Below, in pieces: positions 50,171 through 63,256 of a DNA stretch of 64,000 nucleotides. The notes beneath the pieces were generated by a model that was given only the letters and a program-made list of their open reading frames with translations, was not told the origin of the DNA and searched no databases. The position numbers and the translations under genes were made by a program. How positions within the stretch are numbered: the stretch's first letter is position 1; each line of letters opens with the position of its first letter. The stretch is from Patellaria atrata CBS 101060 (Eukaryota), in the NCBI GenBank assembly GCA_010093705.1, contig MU006092.1:626623-690622 (forward strand). Direction: 5' to 3'.

Positions 50171-53100
50171 ACTTCCCATGCCGGTGCTAACTGGTGTTAC
50201 GATGGGGTGTGGTTGGGGGGCCCTGAGTTACGGGGATGATGACGATGTATGGGTTTAAGGGGGGAAAGAGAAGAACAGTATAGAAGCTGCTAGGAAGCCA
50301 AAAACATGCAATTCCCCGTCGAAAAGAAGAAGATTCTGCGGATCTTGTGGCAGGTTGCGAGTTACGCCCCGTTCGACTAAAGCTATCCATGATCCCCATC
50401 TGCCATCATTCTCCAATTTCTCCAATTTCTTCCTCAGAAAGTCTTGTCGAATCTTGTCTGAAAGCGTTGCCGCTTTACGCTGATCTTGACGCTAGAGCGC
50501 CCGCAGAAGGCCAGTCGACGCCTCAAAGAACATTCTTCCATACATTCTTCCACAAGGCTCGACATATCAGCCCCTTTTCGGTTTAGCCCCTTCCGCACCA
50601 CTCCTTTGGCTCCTGGTGCCCCATCTCACCCATCTCACCCATCTCACTTCATGATAGGCTTGGATTTCGGCCAGTTGGCAAGCAAGCACTTGACTGGCAA
50701 AGCAAAGATGGACCGTGCCTCAGCATCATGCCAGCAAGCCACTCGATTTTGACTCGATTTCCACTCCAATGATCCCAGGAGCCTTGCCTGCTGACCGCCG
50801 TGGCCTCCCGTAGGAGAACAGCGTTGGACCTGGCAAAAAGAACGCTGGGAATCTCGCATCGTTTGTCCTTATTGCCCCCTATCAGCTTTCGTCTTTGCTG
50901 ACTAGTTCCGTAATCGTCTGAAATGTGAAAAGCGCCCCCCCTCTCACTTTGCAGAAATCCAAGATCCCCCCCTCTTCGCCAGTAGTAACCGCGCGGGCGG
51001 TGGGTATCAGTACGGTATGGTACAGTACGAAGTTCTGCATCCGATTTACAATCATCTTTAGAACCCCTTTCGAGTGTCCGCTCTCCTGCAGATTGTTCAA
51101 TAACTTCAAACTTTCTACTGTATCCCAAGCGGAGAAGTCACCGTGTACTTTGACAACAATAATAATGCTCCTCCTCATCTAAGGTGGAGCGCCGCAAACA
51201 AGTCCCACACAATAGCATGCCGTGGGAAGGTTTCATTGTCTGGTAGAGCCTCCAGGTGGTCCTGGTGCCTGCATCAACATCTTAATATGCGCTTTGATGG
51301 GCAGCAATTAACATCCAAGGAGGCGGACCCACGGTTCGCTTTGTCCTCATAATCTACAGTCAATAATATGTCTCATACGAGCAATAATGCATATGAGCCC
51401 GTAGATGCTTGAGCCATCGAGGTACAAGGGCAGATGCACCTTTTTTTTTTTTTTTGAGCCTTTGAGGCCTTAAGGAATGATGCCATCAGCTTTGCTGGAG
51501 ACAATGACCAGGGGAAGAGGGGCATCCGTCCAACAGGGAGCTCACGCACCCTATGGAGTGGGAATTTTTGAGCAACCACTGCACACGCTCAGATGCCGAC
51601 CCCACATATGCAAAATCATGCTCCTAACCATGCTTGCCTTTGCATGTGAAGGAGCTCGATTGGGCCAGCAGTAGGTAAGAGCCAGCAATAAGAACAATAA
51701 GCACCTAAAGGAAGCAAAAGTTGAGAAGTAGTAGCAGTAGTGTGTATGTGTGCCGAAGTATGTGTTGTAGCCGTAAGTCGTTAGCTCGACTTGTTTGTCG
51801 ACTTGCTGTACAGTAGATCCAAATGACGGTGTTGCTAATAGGGCGTACTGTATAAGGTCATGCGTAATAGCGCTTCCGTGATCTTCAATAATAACACTGC
51901 TCCACAAAACTTGCGTTGATCAAGCCGTAAATCTTAAAGGCTGGCTTCGAACACCGCCCAAGACAAGCGAGTCGAAACAGCGCAGATTCGCAGAAAGCAC
52001 GACAGATTCGCCCACATAACTCCCCTTCTGTGACTCCCCCTTGCCCACATATCTGCGGACGATCTCTTGGATCCTGATGAATCCACCAGAGTTCCACACG
52101 CGCCCTTACCCCAAACCGTCGAGTAGTGGGTTTGTGGACTTTTAACGCTTGGATGGGCTTAAGTTCGAAGTTGGCCAACAACAACTTCACAAGTCCTCCA
52201 CATCTCTGTCATGAGAGTGTTCGGATGCAACAACTTACATTTCCACCTGCAGACGCGCGCTTGTGGACCTTCCTAAAGGGCAAAGAAACCCAGACTCTCG
52301 ACTCGCCTAAAATCGCAGGACGGATCTTTGGGAATGGGCCGCTGAAGGAGACATGAATGGGGTTTCTGGTTGCTAAACGTCAACAGGTGCGCCCCTCGCT
52401 GGCGGAAAGCCCAAGTCGAACTAGGTCAAGCCAATTATGCCAGTTTGCGCGATCTCACAGCAGACGGAGGAATGCTTGCGCTCGAACTATTAATGCCTGT
52501 GCAGTATACTGTACAGTACTCTGCTCTATCTGTACTTAGTGTCGCTCCCTCGTTGCTTAGGCTGCATTATTCAGTGCGTTCGGTGTGTTAACTTGCTACC
52601 ATTATTGATGACACGACTCACACGAGAGCTGGCTGCTGTAAGGCCACGAGAAGGCGGCGCACGTTCAATCTCATCCTCGCTCCTCGCTCCTCGGCATCCC
52701 TAATCCCTATGATCCCATAATCCTTCCCTCACCCTAGTCCATGCAAAAGAATTTTTCTAGAACATTGCCACTTCCAGCTGGCATCAAGCTCGGCGGCGTG
52801 CCGGGCGTCGTACTGGGCTTGGAGTCAGAGCGGTGGAGTCAAGGGAATGGTCCTAGTGGTGGATTTCATTTCATAATCCATGGCGTGGCAAGGCCACACC
52901 CGTTCTCCGATAAGTTATGGGGGCCAGCTGTGCCGATCCCGTATGACAAGCGTGACAGGCACAACGGTTAGCAAGCCAGAAGGTCTGAACGTGCCGTGCC
53001 TACTTGCTTTTCTGGCCCTTCTTCTTCGCTTCACTCCGTCTTCTTTAACCAATCTCACCACACCGACCACGCTTCTTGTCATTTTGTTATAGCCTTTACT

Positions 53101-53746
53101 GTCCGATGTTTCCGTCAGAAATAGAAACCGGCACAAGCGAGGGACCGAGCGAAGAGCCGCACCTTGTCGAAAACGCCAAACCATTAGCAACATCCATCGC
53201 GGTAATATGGTTGCAAAACCTGCAAAGCGGTCAAGGAACAGGTGACCATCGTATCATTATCCCACACCAATTCCGTAATAACGTGTAGAATCTACTCACC
53301 TCCTAACCTCTTGCGTGACCATTCGATACCACCCTCCCGGCCTAAATCCGCCCCAAAGGAAAGACAAAAAGAGTTTTCTTAAACGTGTCGGACAAATTCA
53401 ACGAAAAGAGACATTGAGAATTCATCTCATCAAATTCTGTCCCATTATTGTGGGAATTTTTCAATTTAGAACCCTTGGACTACACGTCCCGTCTATCGCC
53501 GCTATATTGTTCCCGGTCCTAGTGTTACAGCGGTGAAGTCTGCGCAGATTAGCCTACATAACGACGTTAATCAACAACATAAGGTCAAAAAGATGACCAG
53601 ACGCGCCAAGTCGAATCACTCTAGAAAGCTTAATATACAGTCGGCACCTGTCTTGGGGTCGGCCGATTGAGTGGGTTGCTTGAAGATTTTGGATTGATAT
53701 GTCTTGTATCAAAAGCTTATACTAGCAATATAGCTATTGCCATCTA

Positions 53747-55528
53747 TCAATCTTTTCTTAATTCATGCATTGCTTCGGGGCCAATTGACCTCGAATCAAT
53801 CTTTCCTAGTTCCAAACGGCAGCCGGATGAGGTCTCCAATGCTGCAATATCAAGATCCCAACCGGCTTCCTTGAGCTGGCGCGCATAGTCTGCAAATTCT
53901 ATAGACGTCTCTTTCAATGTTGTCCGGAGATCGGACAAAATCTCAAAGCATCCTAAACTTGCATCTCGTGGCTTTTTTCCGTCCATTGAGAGGTGTCTTG
54001 AAGCTCGCCAAGCCACGTGAAGGGCGTGAGTCCAGGCTTTGAGATGTGTGTCTGCGCTGCAGCCATTCTTCAACACTATGTAGGCCGAGCTATGCATCTC
54101 GTCGTACCATAAAACGTATTCTTCTCTCTCAAATATCTCCATCAACGTAGCGATCTCTTTCTGGTGTACCTGTATAGATCCAGTCCTTTCGTGGCTGTCG
54201 CCTAGGCACCGCAGAATCGTATGAAAGCTCACTCCAATCTTGCAATTGCCTATAATAGCATGATTCTTCCACCGGAGAGCCCCGTCTCGTTCGAATATGC
54301 GTTCTTTCCGTGCAACTTCTTGAGGTGCAAGTACTTCGCCGTCCTCAATCAAGTAAGATAGAACGAGATTGGCACGTTGGCGATTCAATGATCGCATACT
54401 GACAGCACGTACAGCTGCATAGTTCATAGCCAGATGAGTAGTAAGCAGTATCAGTAGCGTCAGCCATGTCGTAGTCTTCGTTGTTATCCTTGACACAACT
54501 AAACTCCCAACCTAGAATTCTGTAAGCAGATGTCAGCTTCGCAAATCAGGAATCATACCAACATGCCCAAAAGAGAGATCACTGTTTCTTGACTTGAATC
54601 TTTCTGCAATAGCAAGTCGGCGTTAGCATGCCGATAGTTCGCCTAAAGTCCGCGGCCATATGCGGGTGTCCTAGTATGTCTCCGGGCTGACTCACTGCGT
54701 TCAATTCACCAAGGTTCCCCCGAAGGGCAAAGTGCGCAGAGAGTGTCGCCTTTGATGATCCCGCTGCAACTGCACACAATGCTCTCAGGGCACTCGAAAA
54801 GCTGAGCACGACTACGCGTGCATATTTGGGGAACGCTGGGGACAAGCAGTCGAGAATCATTGCCGTATCGTTAAAGATGTCCGCAGCAAAACGATACGTC
54901 TTACATTCTGGCTCCAGAGCAGTTCCCAGCCTGTGCGCGAAGACAATAGTGGCTATACGGCCCATCGACTCTTGCACAACATTGAGAAGTAGAGCTGCGG
55001 TGGGCGTAGCGTTGGCATCGCCGACACCAACACCTAAGCAACATTAAGTAGAGAAACCCAGTGGGTTTGGAGTAAACACCTTCTAACACTGCCCGTGCTG
55101 ACAGAAGGCCTGCTATCGAGCTTGAGAACGCTTGGAGTGAATCCTGTAGAGAGGTCAATGCTTATATCCCGAGGGAATGCGGGTGACGTCGAACGTAAAT
55201 CTGATACCTTCAGACAGTTAGTAGGATTCTAAAGGATCGATGACGTGGATTAAAATACTCTATATAGTCCGAGCTCACACTCTGGGGATACCCAGCTGGT
55301 AAGAAAACATCGAGAAGTAACTGAAATGTTGATTTGGAGCTTTTTGATTGCTGTTAAGAGATTAGATTGTCGCGACTTGGTGCATGTCCACATTCTACAT
55401 ACGATCAAGTCCACTCTTGCCTTGATATCCTTCGCGAATGTTGATTCCACATAAGTTGCTGTAAGGTTACCAGCTTCGTCGAATTCACGGGCCTCCATGA
55501 CTGATGATGTGTGTTGAAAGTTAGACAT
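53747..55528 (-). CDS. RUS1/DUF647 family protein (root UVB-sensitive-like), multi-exon
   Basis: FLPAGYPQSVS, DSLQAFSSSIAGLL...AVLEG/VGVGD, GRIATIVFA...ECKTYRFAADIFND, LSAHFA..GNLGELNA/KDSSQETV, NYAAVRAVSMRSLNRQRA. Confidence 0.88.
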
Positions 55529-56630
55529 GTTGCGCTTCGCGTAGATAGAGGATGCACGCCTCCGAACGCGTTGTCACGAGCAAGTCTAGCTTGACCGAAC
55601 ATTCGTACTCATAGTGGCAAGAAAATTGATCAGGCAATCAAACAGGGCTTTGAGAGTCCTTTGTAAATTCAAGAATTAGATTGAAGGACTGTCTTTCATC
55701 TGGGAGTCAAATGAAAGCTGCTTCTAAATCTGTTAGTTCTCGTCAATCAACCTCTTTCTTAATGCAGATGTCTATAGAGCAATGCCCTATCTTACTCTCT
55801 AGGAATTCTTCTAACACAAGGGTAAGAGACTAAATGGGTCGATATATCATTTCGTGTAGCATTCGATTCTTCATCCTATCTAGAACTGATCTTTCAACAA
55901 TACCGCCGCTTCTGGACACGTACCAAGATCAACGAGATCCAAGAACACAATGTACGTAATATAATATAGTCCATTCACTGAGTGAAACTTGCCAGCTGAT
56001 CATTTACCATATGAACTTAAAACTGCGTCCACTGCTCCACCGGGACTTTCCAGTGCCCCTGAATGACGACTGCTTATTTACAATTCACATATTTAAAGAT
56101 GTTTGTCACGGATAGTACTCTTACTTCCGTTTGATATTTCATAAAGTCATCTTCTCCCAGACGGATTCCGGTCAGGCCCACCGTGACGTCATTTTGAGAC
56201 GAATATTTTGTTCTAAAGCCTTTGAAGTGAAGCTCGAGTCTCTGTCCCCGTGCTTGATGACACCCCAGCCGTTCGCAGGTAAGACATTGCCTAGGGAAGA
56301 TCCGATGTGCTACCTTACTGTAGTGATACTGTACTGACCTGCCATGGCGCTAGTGTGGGGCCGTTGCGCTAGAGCATTAGCCTCCATTATATATGTAAAC
56401 GGGATCTGGGATCGACAGTCAGCTCTCCCGAACCCATGGAATAATAACAAAGTAGCATCGGCGGATTTAGAGCAGGCATCCTCGGCCTCATTGATATAGA
56501 GGTTAGCATCGGCTATAATCATATGTAGCTTCATGGAGACATTTATTGGAATTCGGCCGAGAAATGTATCATAACAAAAATGCCATGTCGCCGAAAGTGG
56601 AATGTTATCCATAGCACTGTTGTGTAGTAC

Positions 56631-58457
56631 TTATTTGTGTGGTTGATATCGAGTTTGCAGCTCGATCAAATTCGTCATCTGCTGGAGCCATTTGGACGCA
56701 AATCGTTCTTCGGTAAATCGTTTAGCGCTTTCTCTTGCTCGAATGCGCATTTGCAGAATTTCAGTAGAGCTCATGTTAAGTATTTGTGTGAAAGCCTTCT
56801 TGTAGTCCTCAGCTGTTGTAGCATAGAAACCTATAACGATTAACCTACGTCTTACTGGGCGAGGATAACCAGTGGAATATGGGCTGTGGATATTCAAAAT
56901 AGAAACTGCTTGCTCACCTGTTGGCTTCCCGTCTATGTCAATGACGATGTCCTCCTTCGGGCCACCGCTATTGTGGACGACACTGATGAGCCCAGCTGCT
57001 TGATATTCGACGACACCTATACCGAAGTGCTCATTCCACATACCGTTGACTCCAATACTAGCTTTTTGAAGCCAGTCTTGTATTTGTGGCCAAGTAGCGT
57101 CGCAGATGAATTCTACGTCTTCCTTAATCTTCAATTCATGCGCAAGCAATCTGAGCTTATACACCCGCGTCGAGTCCTCCTTATCTCGAACAGACCCAAT
57201 CAAGATTAGTTTAGGTCTAGGCTGTTTGTGTGAATCCGAGGTCTGAGACAAGATTAGAGAAGCAAAGGCATTGACTATGAGCTGGTGATTTTTCTCCGGT
57301 CGAAATTGTGCAATGTATAGGATATCGCGAGTTCGGGTTCTTTCGCTCTGTTCGTTAACCTCAATACGGTCTTCGAGTTCCTCGACTGCAACAGGAGGGA
57401 ATACAACTGAAACAGGGAACGACTTGGTATGTTTTCTCCGTTGTGGACCCCAGAGTTGTTGTACGTGAGCTTGAGTCCAGGAAGAATTTGTCATGACGAC
57501 ATCAACATTTCCACCCACCCAGCCGTATGCTTGAGCAAATAGATGCCAATATTTCCGTTTTGCAGCCCCTTTCCACCCTCTACCAGCTCCTGCATTCATC
57601 CCGTTTCCACCCTCATCAAGAGATCCTAGCATATCCGTTGAGATAGTCGGATAATGTACGTACGCGCCGGTGGGCACATCTGGAAATAGCCATTTACTAA
57701 ATCCAAGCGTGAACGCATACCCCATAGTATCGATAAAGATTTCCGGTACTAATAGTGAGAAGGCATCGTAGGCGAGAACGATAGACCCGAGGGATTGACC
57801 CAACAGTGTAAAGTATGGCCAAGTTGAGCTGAGAACGTAGTAACGATAAGAAAGGTAGAGGAATATAATATTCGGCGGGTGTAAATGGATATTGAATCGG
57901 TCCTATATAGAAGTTAGAACGGCATAGATAAATATCGGTGGTGGAACATGTACTTGGACGCGATGTAGTATTGCAGATTTGTCCGCATCGTGATCGCCTG
58001 TATACACAACACAAATTGCTTTAGGCCATCTTCTTTGCGTTGCTCGTATGGCGGCCCATAATACCCGTTCACCACCCCCACCTGCATTACTATACGGTCT
58101 GTCTTAGTAGAGTATATGATGCGAACTGAGCGACACGTACCAAAAAGGATGAAAGAATCCTACTATGCCTTCCCACTCCTTTTCCCCTTTTCCACCATTT
58201 ATACTTGAAGCTGCTGTAACCCCCTCGATCCTCTCCCAGTCATCATCTTCATCGCGCGGCTTCTCCTTGCGCTTCGCTGAGTACTCCCTTTCCTCAGCGG
58301 CAACACGACCCAAAAGCAACTCTCTGCGGTGGAGAGACCTCCTGCGAAGCGACCAGCCAAGAAACTTCCCTTGTACATAGATAACAGCTGGAAGTAGTAA
58401 GATTACGATTGATAGGAGTACAGCGATAGTCGTTAGAACGAAACCAGTGGTGGCCAT
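56631..58457 (-). CDS. ALG11: GDP-Man:Man3GlcNAc2-PP-Dol alpha-1,2-mannosyltransferase Alg11
   Basis: N-terminal [64 protein letters not shown] and HNSGGP. Confidence 0.95.
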
Positions 58458-58738
58458 GGCCCAGAGATGGCTCAATCAGATGCGAACAGGACGGGAGGGA
58501 CAGTTAATGTCTATATCGTTATCTATTCATAGAAAACCATTGTAGTGAGCACCCGTATTCAAAGTTAAAGCACAGATAGAACCGTCACAAGTGTCAAGAC
58601 ACTTTTGTGATCAGTATGATAGCGTCATTCCTTGCCGAAGATTTAACGAAGTTGAACCGATCAAAAGGTAAGCCAACATTATCAACTGATATCTCGGCTT
58701 TCTCTACGGAATTAGATGCCTAAGAGATAGCGGCAGAA

Positions 58739-59467
58739 ATGGCAGGCGTACAGCTGGATAATGAGGACCTTTGGGATGATTCAGCACTGATACGATCTTG
58801 GGACGAAGCTTTAACAGAGTATAAGGTGAACCTTCATAACCTCAATCTCGCAAGTTCAGCTAGCTGATGATCAAAAATAGCGTTATCACAGTATTCACGC
58901 AAGGGGAGAAAACATAGAAGATGTTTTGAATGAATTCGAACTCAATCAACTCCAAAGGTATATGTCCCTGAACGCAACACCGAGTTTCAAGAAACCAACT
59001 GTCTTATAGTGAGCGCGATGCACAAGACGGTGTTTTCGAACAGGATGAAGAATACATTCAGAATGTTTCCGTAGAGGAAAACTCCTCAAACGACGCAGTA
59101 AGACAAAATACTGCCAATAGACCAAACGTCGCCCCAAGTGGCTTACGTGATGATGTTTGTAGATCCCTACAGAAATTTTCCATTGACATACTAACCGTTC
59201 TATAGTCACTAAATGGTAATCATCCTACGGACAATTCTGCTACTGGTGCAGCGCAAAAGCCACCATTTGCACAAGCTGCACTTGCTTCCTGTAAGTGAGA
59301 ATAGGACTCCTCTGAGTTTCTCTTCAGTGCGGAAGGATGCGTAGATCTAGAACTGACGGTAACGCACAGGTCAAGATGATGCACTTAAGGATGTGATGTT
59401 GGCATGGTACTACGCAGGATACTACCAAGCCAAATATGAATATCAGCAAAGAGCAAGAGAATCCTAA
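58739..59467 (+). CDS. SMN1: Survival motor neuron (SMN) homolog, about 5 short exons; absent from the ORF track
   Basis: Exon 1 MAGVQLDNEDLWDDSALIRSWDEALTEYK (Gemin2-binding WDDSALI motif), exon 2 RYHSIHARG..., last exon QDDALKDVMLAWYYAGYYQAKYEYQQRARES-TAA (YG-box). Confidence 0.88.
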
Positions 59468-60480
59468 GGATGTCCAGCTCCGGAAGTTGGGTGCATGAGA
59501 GCACAGCCGGTCCGTATTCCGCGAGATCTAAGATCTAGATACCGATGCTGCATCTTCCGTATCTATAGAGTTTAAAAGTCTAGAAGGACTCGTCATCCGG
59601 GACCATAGGGTGTAGCTAGCCCGGTACTTAGTAGTGGTACGGCTGGAGTAAATACACGTCTGCGGCCAAAGAGAGTAAGGATGCTTGCCGAATAAACATT
59701 CAATTAGAGTACTGATTAGTTGTTTCGCAATGCAGTATCACCGGATCATGTTCCTGCCACATGGTACTTTTGAGACCGACTTCAAGGCCTCTTACAAAAG
59801 AGCCTAGAATTGTCTATGTAGGAAATACCCGAACATTGAACGGATGGCGATATTCCATATTTTCACCTGCAAGTTTGACAGTTTCAACTTGAACTTTGTA
59901 TTCTTGACCCGGGGACTTTGAATCGTTGTGGTTAGCGCAACCAATAAGGGAGCTCTAAACTTTTTGGTGGCTTGCATTTCAGGACAGAAGCGAGGACTTG
60001 CGACAAATCTGTAACGAGTCCGTAACCATCCCCAGACAAAACATGTCGAAGATCATTTTAGACCTCCCCAAATGCTCCAAAAACGTCCTCGGCGGTTTAA
60101 ACGCAAGCTATCTTCAGAAAAAACCATGCGATCTTTACGGATAATTGCCAAGCCGAGGGGCGGTGTCGTTTCGACAGGACCCCTAAGTGAATGCCTGCTC
60201 CGTGTTAGCACTAAACTTTCAATTTCATGCTCGAATTTAAGTCTACACACTCCCGCAGTCTCTCATACATCTTCTTTACTAGTTGTCTCGATCAATTGCA
60301 CATAATTTTCAGTTCCTTTTCCTCTCATACCTCTTTCCTTCAACCGAGCCGGCCCTCGTACTGTGCCATTCAATCATTTAGAAGTCAATCTTTTGCGTGA
60401 CCCGCAGAGCGGCGTATATATATTTCTTCTCGACGACCAGATCCTTTTTTCTTTTTTGAAGATATATAACGTTGATCATA

Positions 60481-61345
60481 ATGAAGTCATACGCTCTTCT
60501 CACTCTCCTCGCCGCGGCGGCGTCCGCAACTAATCACCTTCCCGCTGAGCACGCGGCCGCAGCTGCTATGACCCATACCGTCACCGTCGGTGGCGTACAA
60601 CCGCCAGCAGATCCCACTGGAACACCTACACCTATGTTCGTCTATTCACCGGAAAGCATCCAAGCAGCGGTCGGCGACACAGTCCACTTCATCTTCATGC
60701 AAAAGAATCATTCCGTCACACAATCAACGTTCGCCAAGCCTTGCGTTAAACTGCCAGAGGGTATCGATTCTGGACTACTACCAAATCCCGATGGTGCTGC
60801 GGGTGTTACCTTCGATCTGCAAGTCGGAACCACGGAGCCAATCTGTAAGTAGTACTGAGGTGAAGTTCCATCAGATCATTACTAACATTGCATTCCAGGG
60901 TTTTACTGCAAGCAAAGAACTGGAAATCACTGCGGTAAAGGAATGGTTTTCGCTATCAACGCCGTCGAATCATCTGAAAAGTCTTTCGCCGCCTACAAGC
61001 AACTGGCCATCGCTCAGAACGGCACTGAACTTCAATCTGCTGCCATCGTTGCTCCAGGTGCGACTGCTGCTCCAAGCACAGTCTCATTGAACGTCGAAGC
61101 GGCACCGACGCAGACTCATGCTACTCAAGTCTTCAGTGACATATCACCAAGCGCCAGCGTTGTTCCTGGAACCGGTGTGGACGCTGCAGGTCAAGAATGC
61201 CAGTGCTCCTGCTTGTGCGGTACCAACTCTTTCCCGGATGGAACTGGTATGCACAACTTCGGGGGATTCTCAGGTAAGATGAAAATCTCGTATTGATACA
61301 CGAACGAAACTAACAAAAAGTGTAGGAATGAAGCCGAAGGCATAA
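60481..61345 (+). CDS. Secreted cupredoxin-fold (type-1 copper-like) protein with Ser/Thr/Ala linker and Cys-rich tail
   Basis: Signal peptide, then HTVTVGG...YSPESIQAAVGDTVHFIF..KNHSVTQS...PI/WFYCKQRTGNHCGKGMVFAIN; introns at about 60845-60898 and 61274-61325. Confidence 0.85.
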
Positions 61346-63256
61346 ACGCATGATACCAATTCATTAAGGAGGTAATAGTTTCTGATTTGAGGGGCGAGTT
61401 GTATGTCCGAGTTTTGGTCAATTTCATAATAGCCTAGGTGCCGTTGAAAGGCTGACAGGCCGTTTTCATTTCGTGGCGTTTGGCATGGACATAATTCATA
61501 TATCCGCCTGAACAGGGCGTGAGTAGGGCTGTACATTATAAAAGATAGAAATGATCAACGTTTGCATCTCCAAAAGATCGTCCTCGTAGAATTTTGAATT
61601 CGTGAAATGTCTATTGGAGTAATTCCTGTAAAAATGAGCCTCGTATAGCGCTGAATCGCATAAACAAACATCAGCAGTGTCCAGACTTTGCCTACGTTGC
61701 CCCTTAACACTACCGTTTCCTCATGCTCTTAAGAGAACAACATCCAGCTACGTTACAACCCATGTGCCCCGCATTGGGATATTGCTACCACAGTGCTATT
61801 TCTTCGTGGCTGACTGTTTCTTCGCATCGGCTAAGATAGATCATTATCAGTTGCTCTCCCAAAGTAAGACAAAAATCCATACCTGCAGCTTGCTTTGCAC
61901 GCATGATAGCGGCCTGATCTTCCTTTGTCCTCTGGAACTCAGTTCCGGATTGCTGCGAATCTTGTCAACTTCGACTTGCGATCATAATCTTCTAGCGTAC
62001 GGGCGTACAGTATTCTTGCTTTTCTGTCGAACGGAGGAGTTAGTATCACAGTGTACAGATACAGTACTTATACTTTTGGAGGAAGCATGAGTATGCTAAA
62101 TCCTTTCTTCACCGATAGGTAAAGCTTACAACACCGGCTTGTGCCTTCATATTCTTTTCCCGGGCCTTGTCACGCTGATTACCTCTGGCCATCTCGATTA
62201 CAGGAAGTCGAAAGTCTCTGTTGAAGGTTTTCTATGTTTTCTAGCGTCACGGTTTGACTTTAAGGCTGAGATGTGATTTAGGCTTTGAGCGCAAAAGGTG
62301 TCAAGATCTGTGAGACTTTTCGGAGAAGAATGGAATCGGTTCGGCTGAAAAATAGGACGGCCTTTATGTGGCCAATTGAGAGAGGCGCGCGTACCGTTCT
62401 ACTATTTAAAAGCCAAGCGCTGGCGACGACCTCCGATCACATTAACATCAACATTCCTTTGAGTATCACGAGGTTTTTCTGCAGACGCGTTCATACAGTA
62501 ACAGATATTAATAGCATTTGTACCTAGATACACGTGCCTTGCCGCCTGGTGTGCCGTTTGGAAAAGCTATCAGAGCTCCGCGGCTCAACCTGTCGTTCTG
62601 ATTTCTGAAACGCTGTTAACGCCCCCTGTTTACTCTCAGTTCGAAACATTCACGACCAATACATTCAAGACAGCTCAAGATCCATCAAACAATTTGCAAA
62701 ATAACGCGCCGGAAGATCCAGGTCTTGGATCTATCAACCTCCAGAACGCTCGAAATAAGACGTTCACTTGGTATAAGCCAATCAAATCAAGTTCAACGGC
62801 TTCTCCGCGTTTCAGTCGTGAATATCGCCTTACTCCAAGAGCTCTCCAGTCATAGACAGATACGGTGACGTAGAAACAATAGCATGGGGTCCATGCTTCT
62901 CAATAGAATGAGTCTTTCTGCAGCTATTGTTCTTCTTCTTTTCTCTCTATTGTCCTTCTTTCTTACCATTATTGTAATCTGCTATTGAGGCATTCCAAAA
63001 TCTTCCTCGGCCATAGAGCCTGAGGCCTCTTCGTATAACCTATCTACTTACAACGACTTCTCTCTTTCTTCCAAACTTCATAGCAATAGCTCTAGATCTT
63101 CATTTCTCTACGCTATCTGCAGGCAATCTTTTCAATTCAAACAGCTACCATCTAGCAGCTCCTCTATCAAGCAGTTTCTGTCAAACAGCTTCTTATCAAG
63201 CAACTTCTATCTACACATATTAGCTCTATCAGACCATCTGAATCCAGATTCCCAAG

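Noticed and set aside
58716..58730. ATG-CCT-AAG-AGA-TAG upstream of SMN as the true start
   Set aside because: Stops after four codons and is out of frame with the ATG at 58739; at most a tiny uORF, with no evidence of function.
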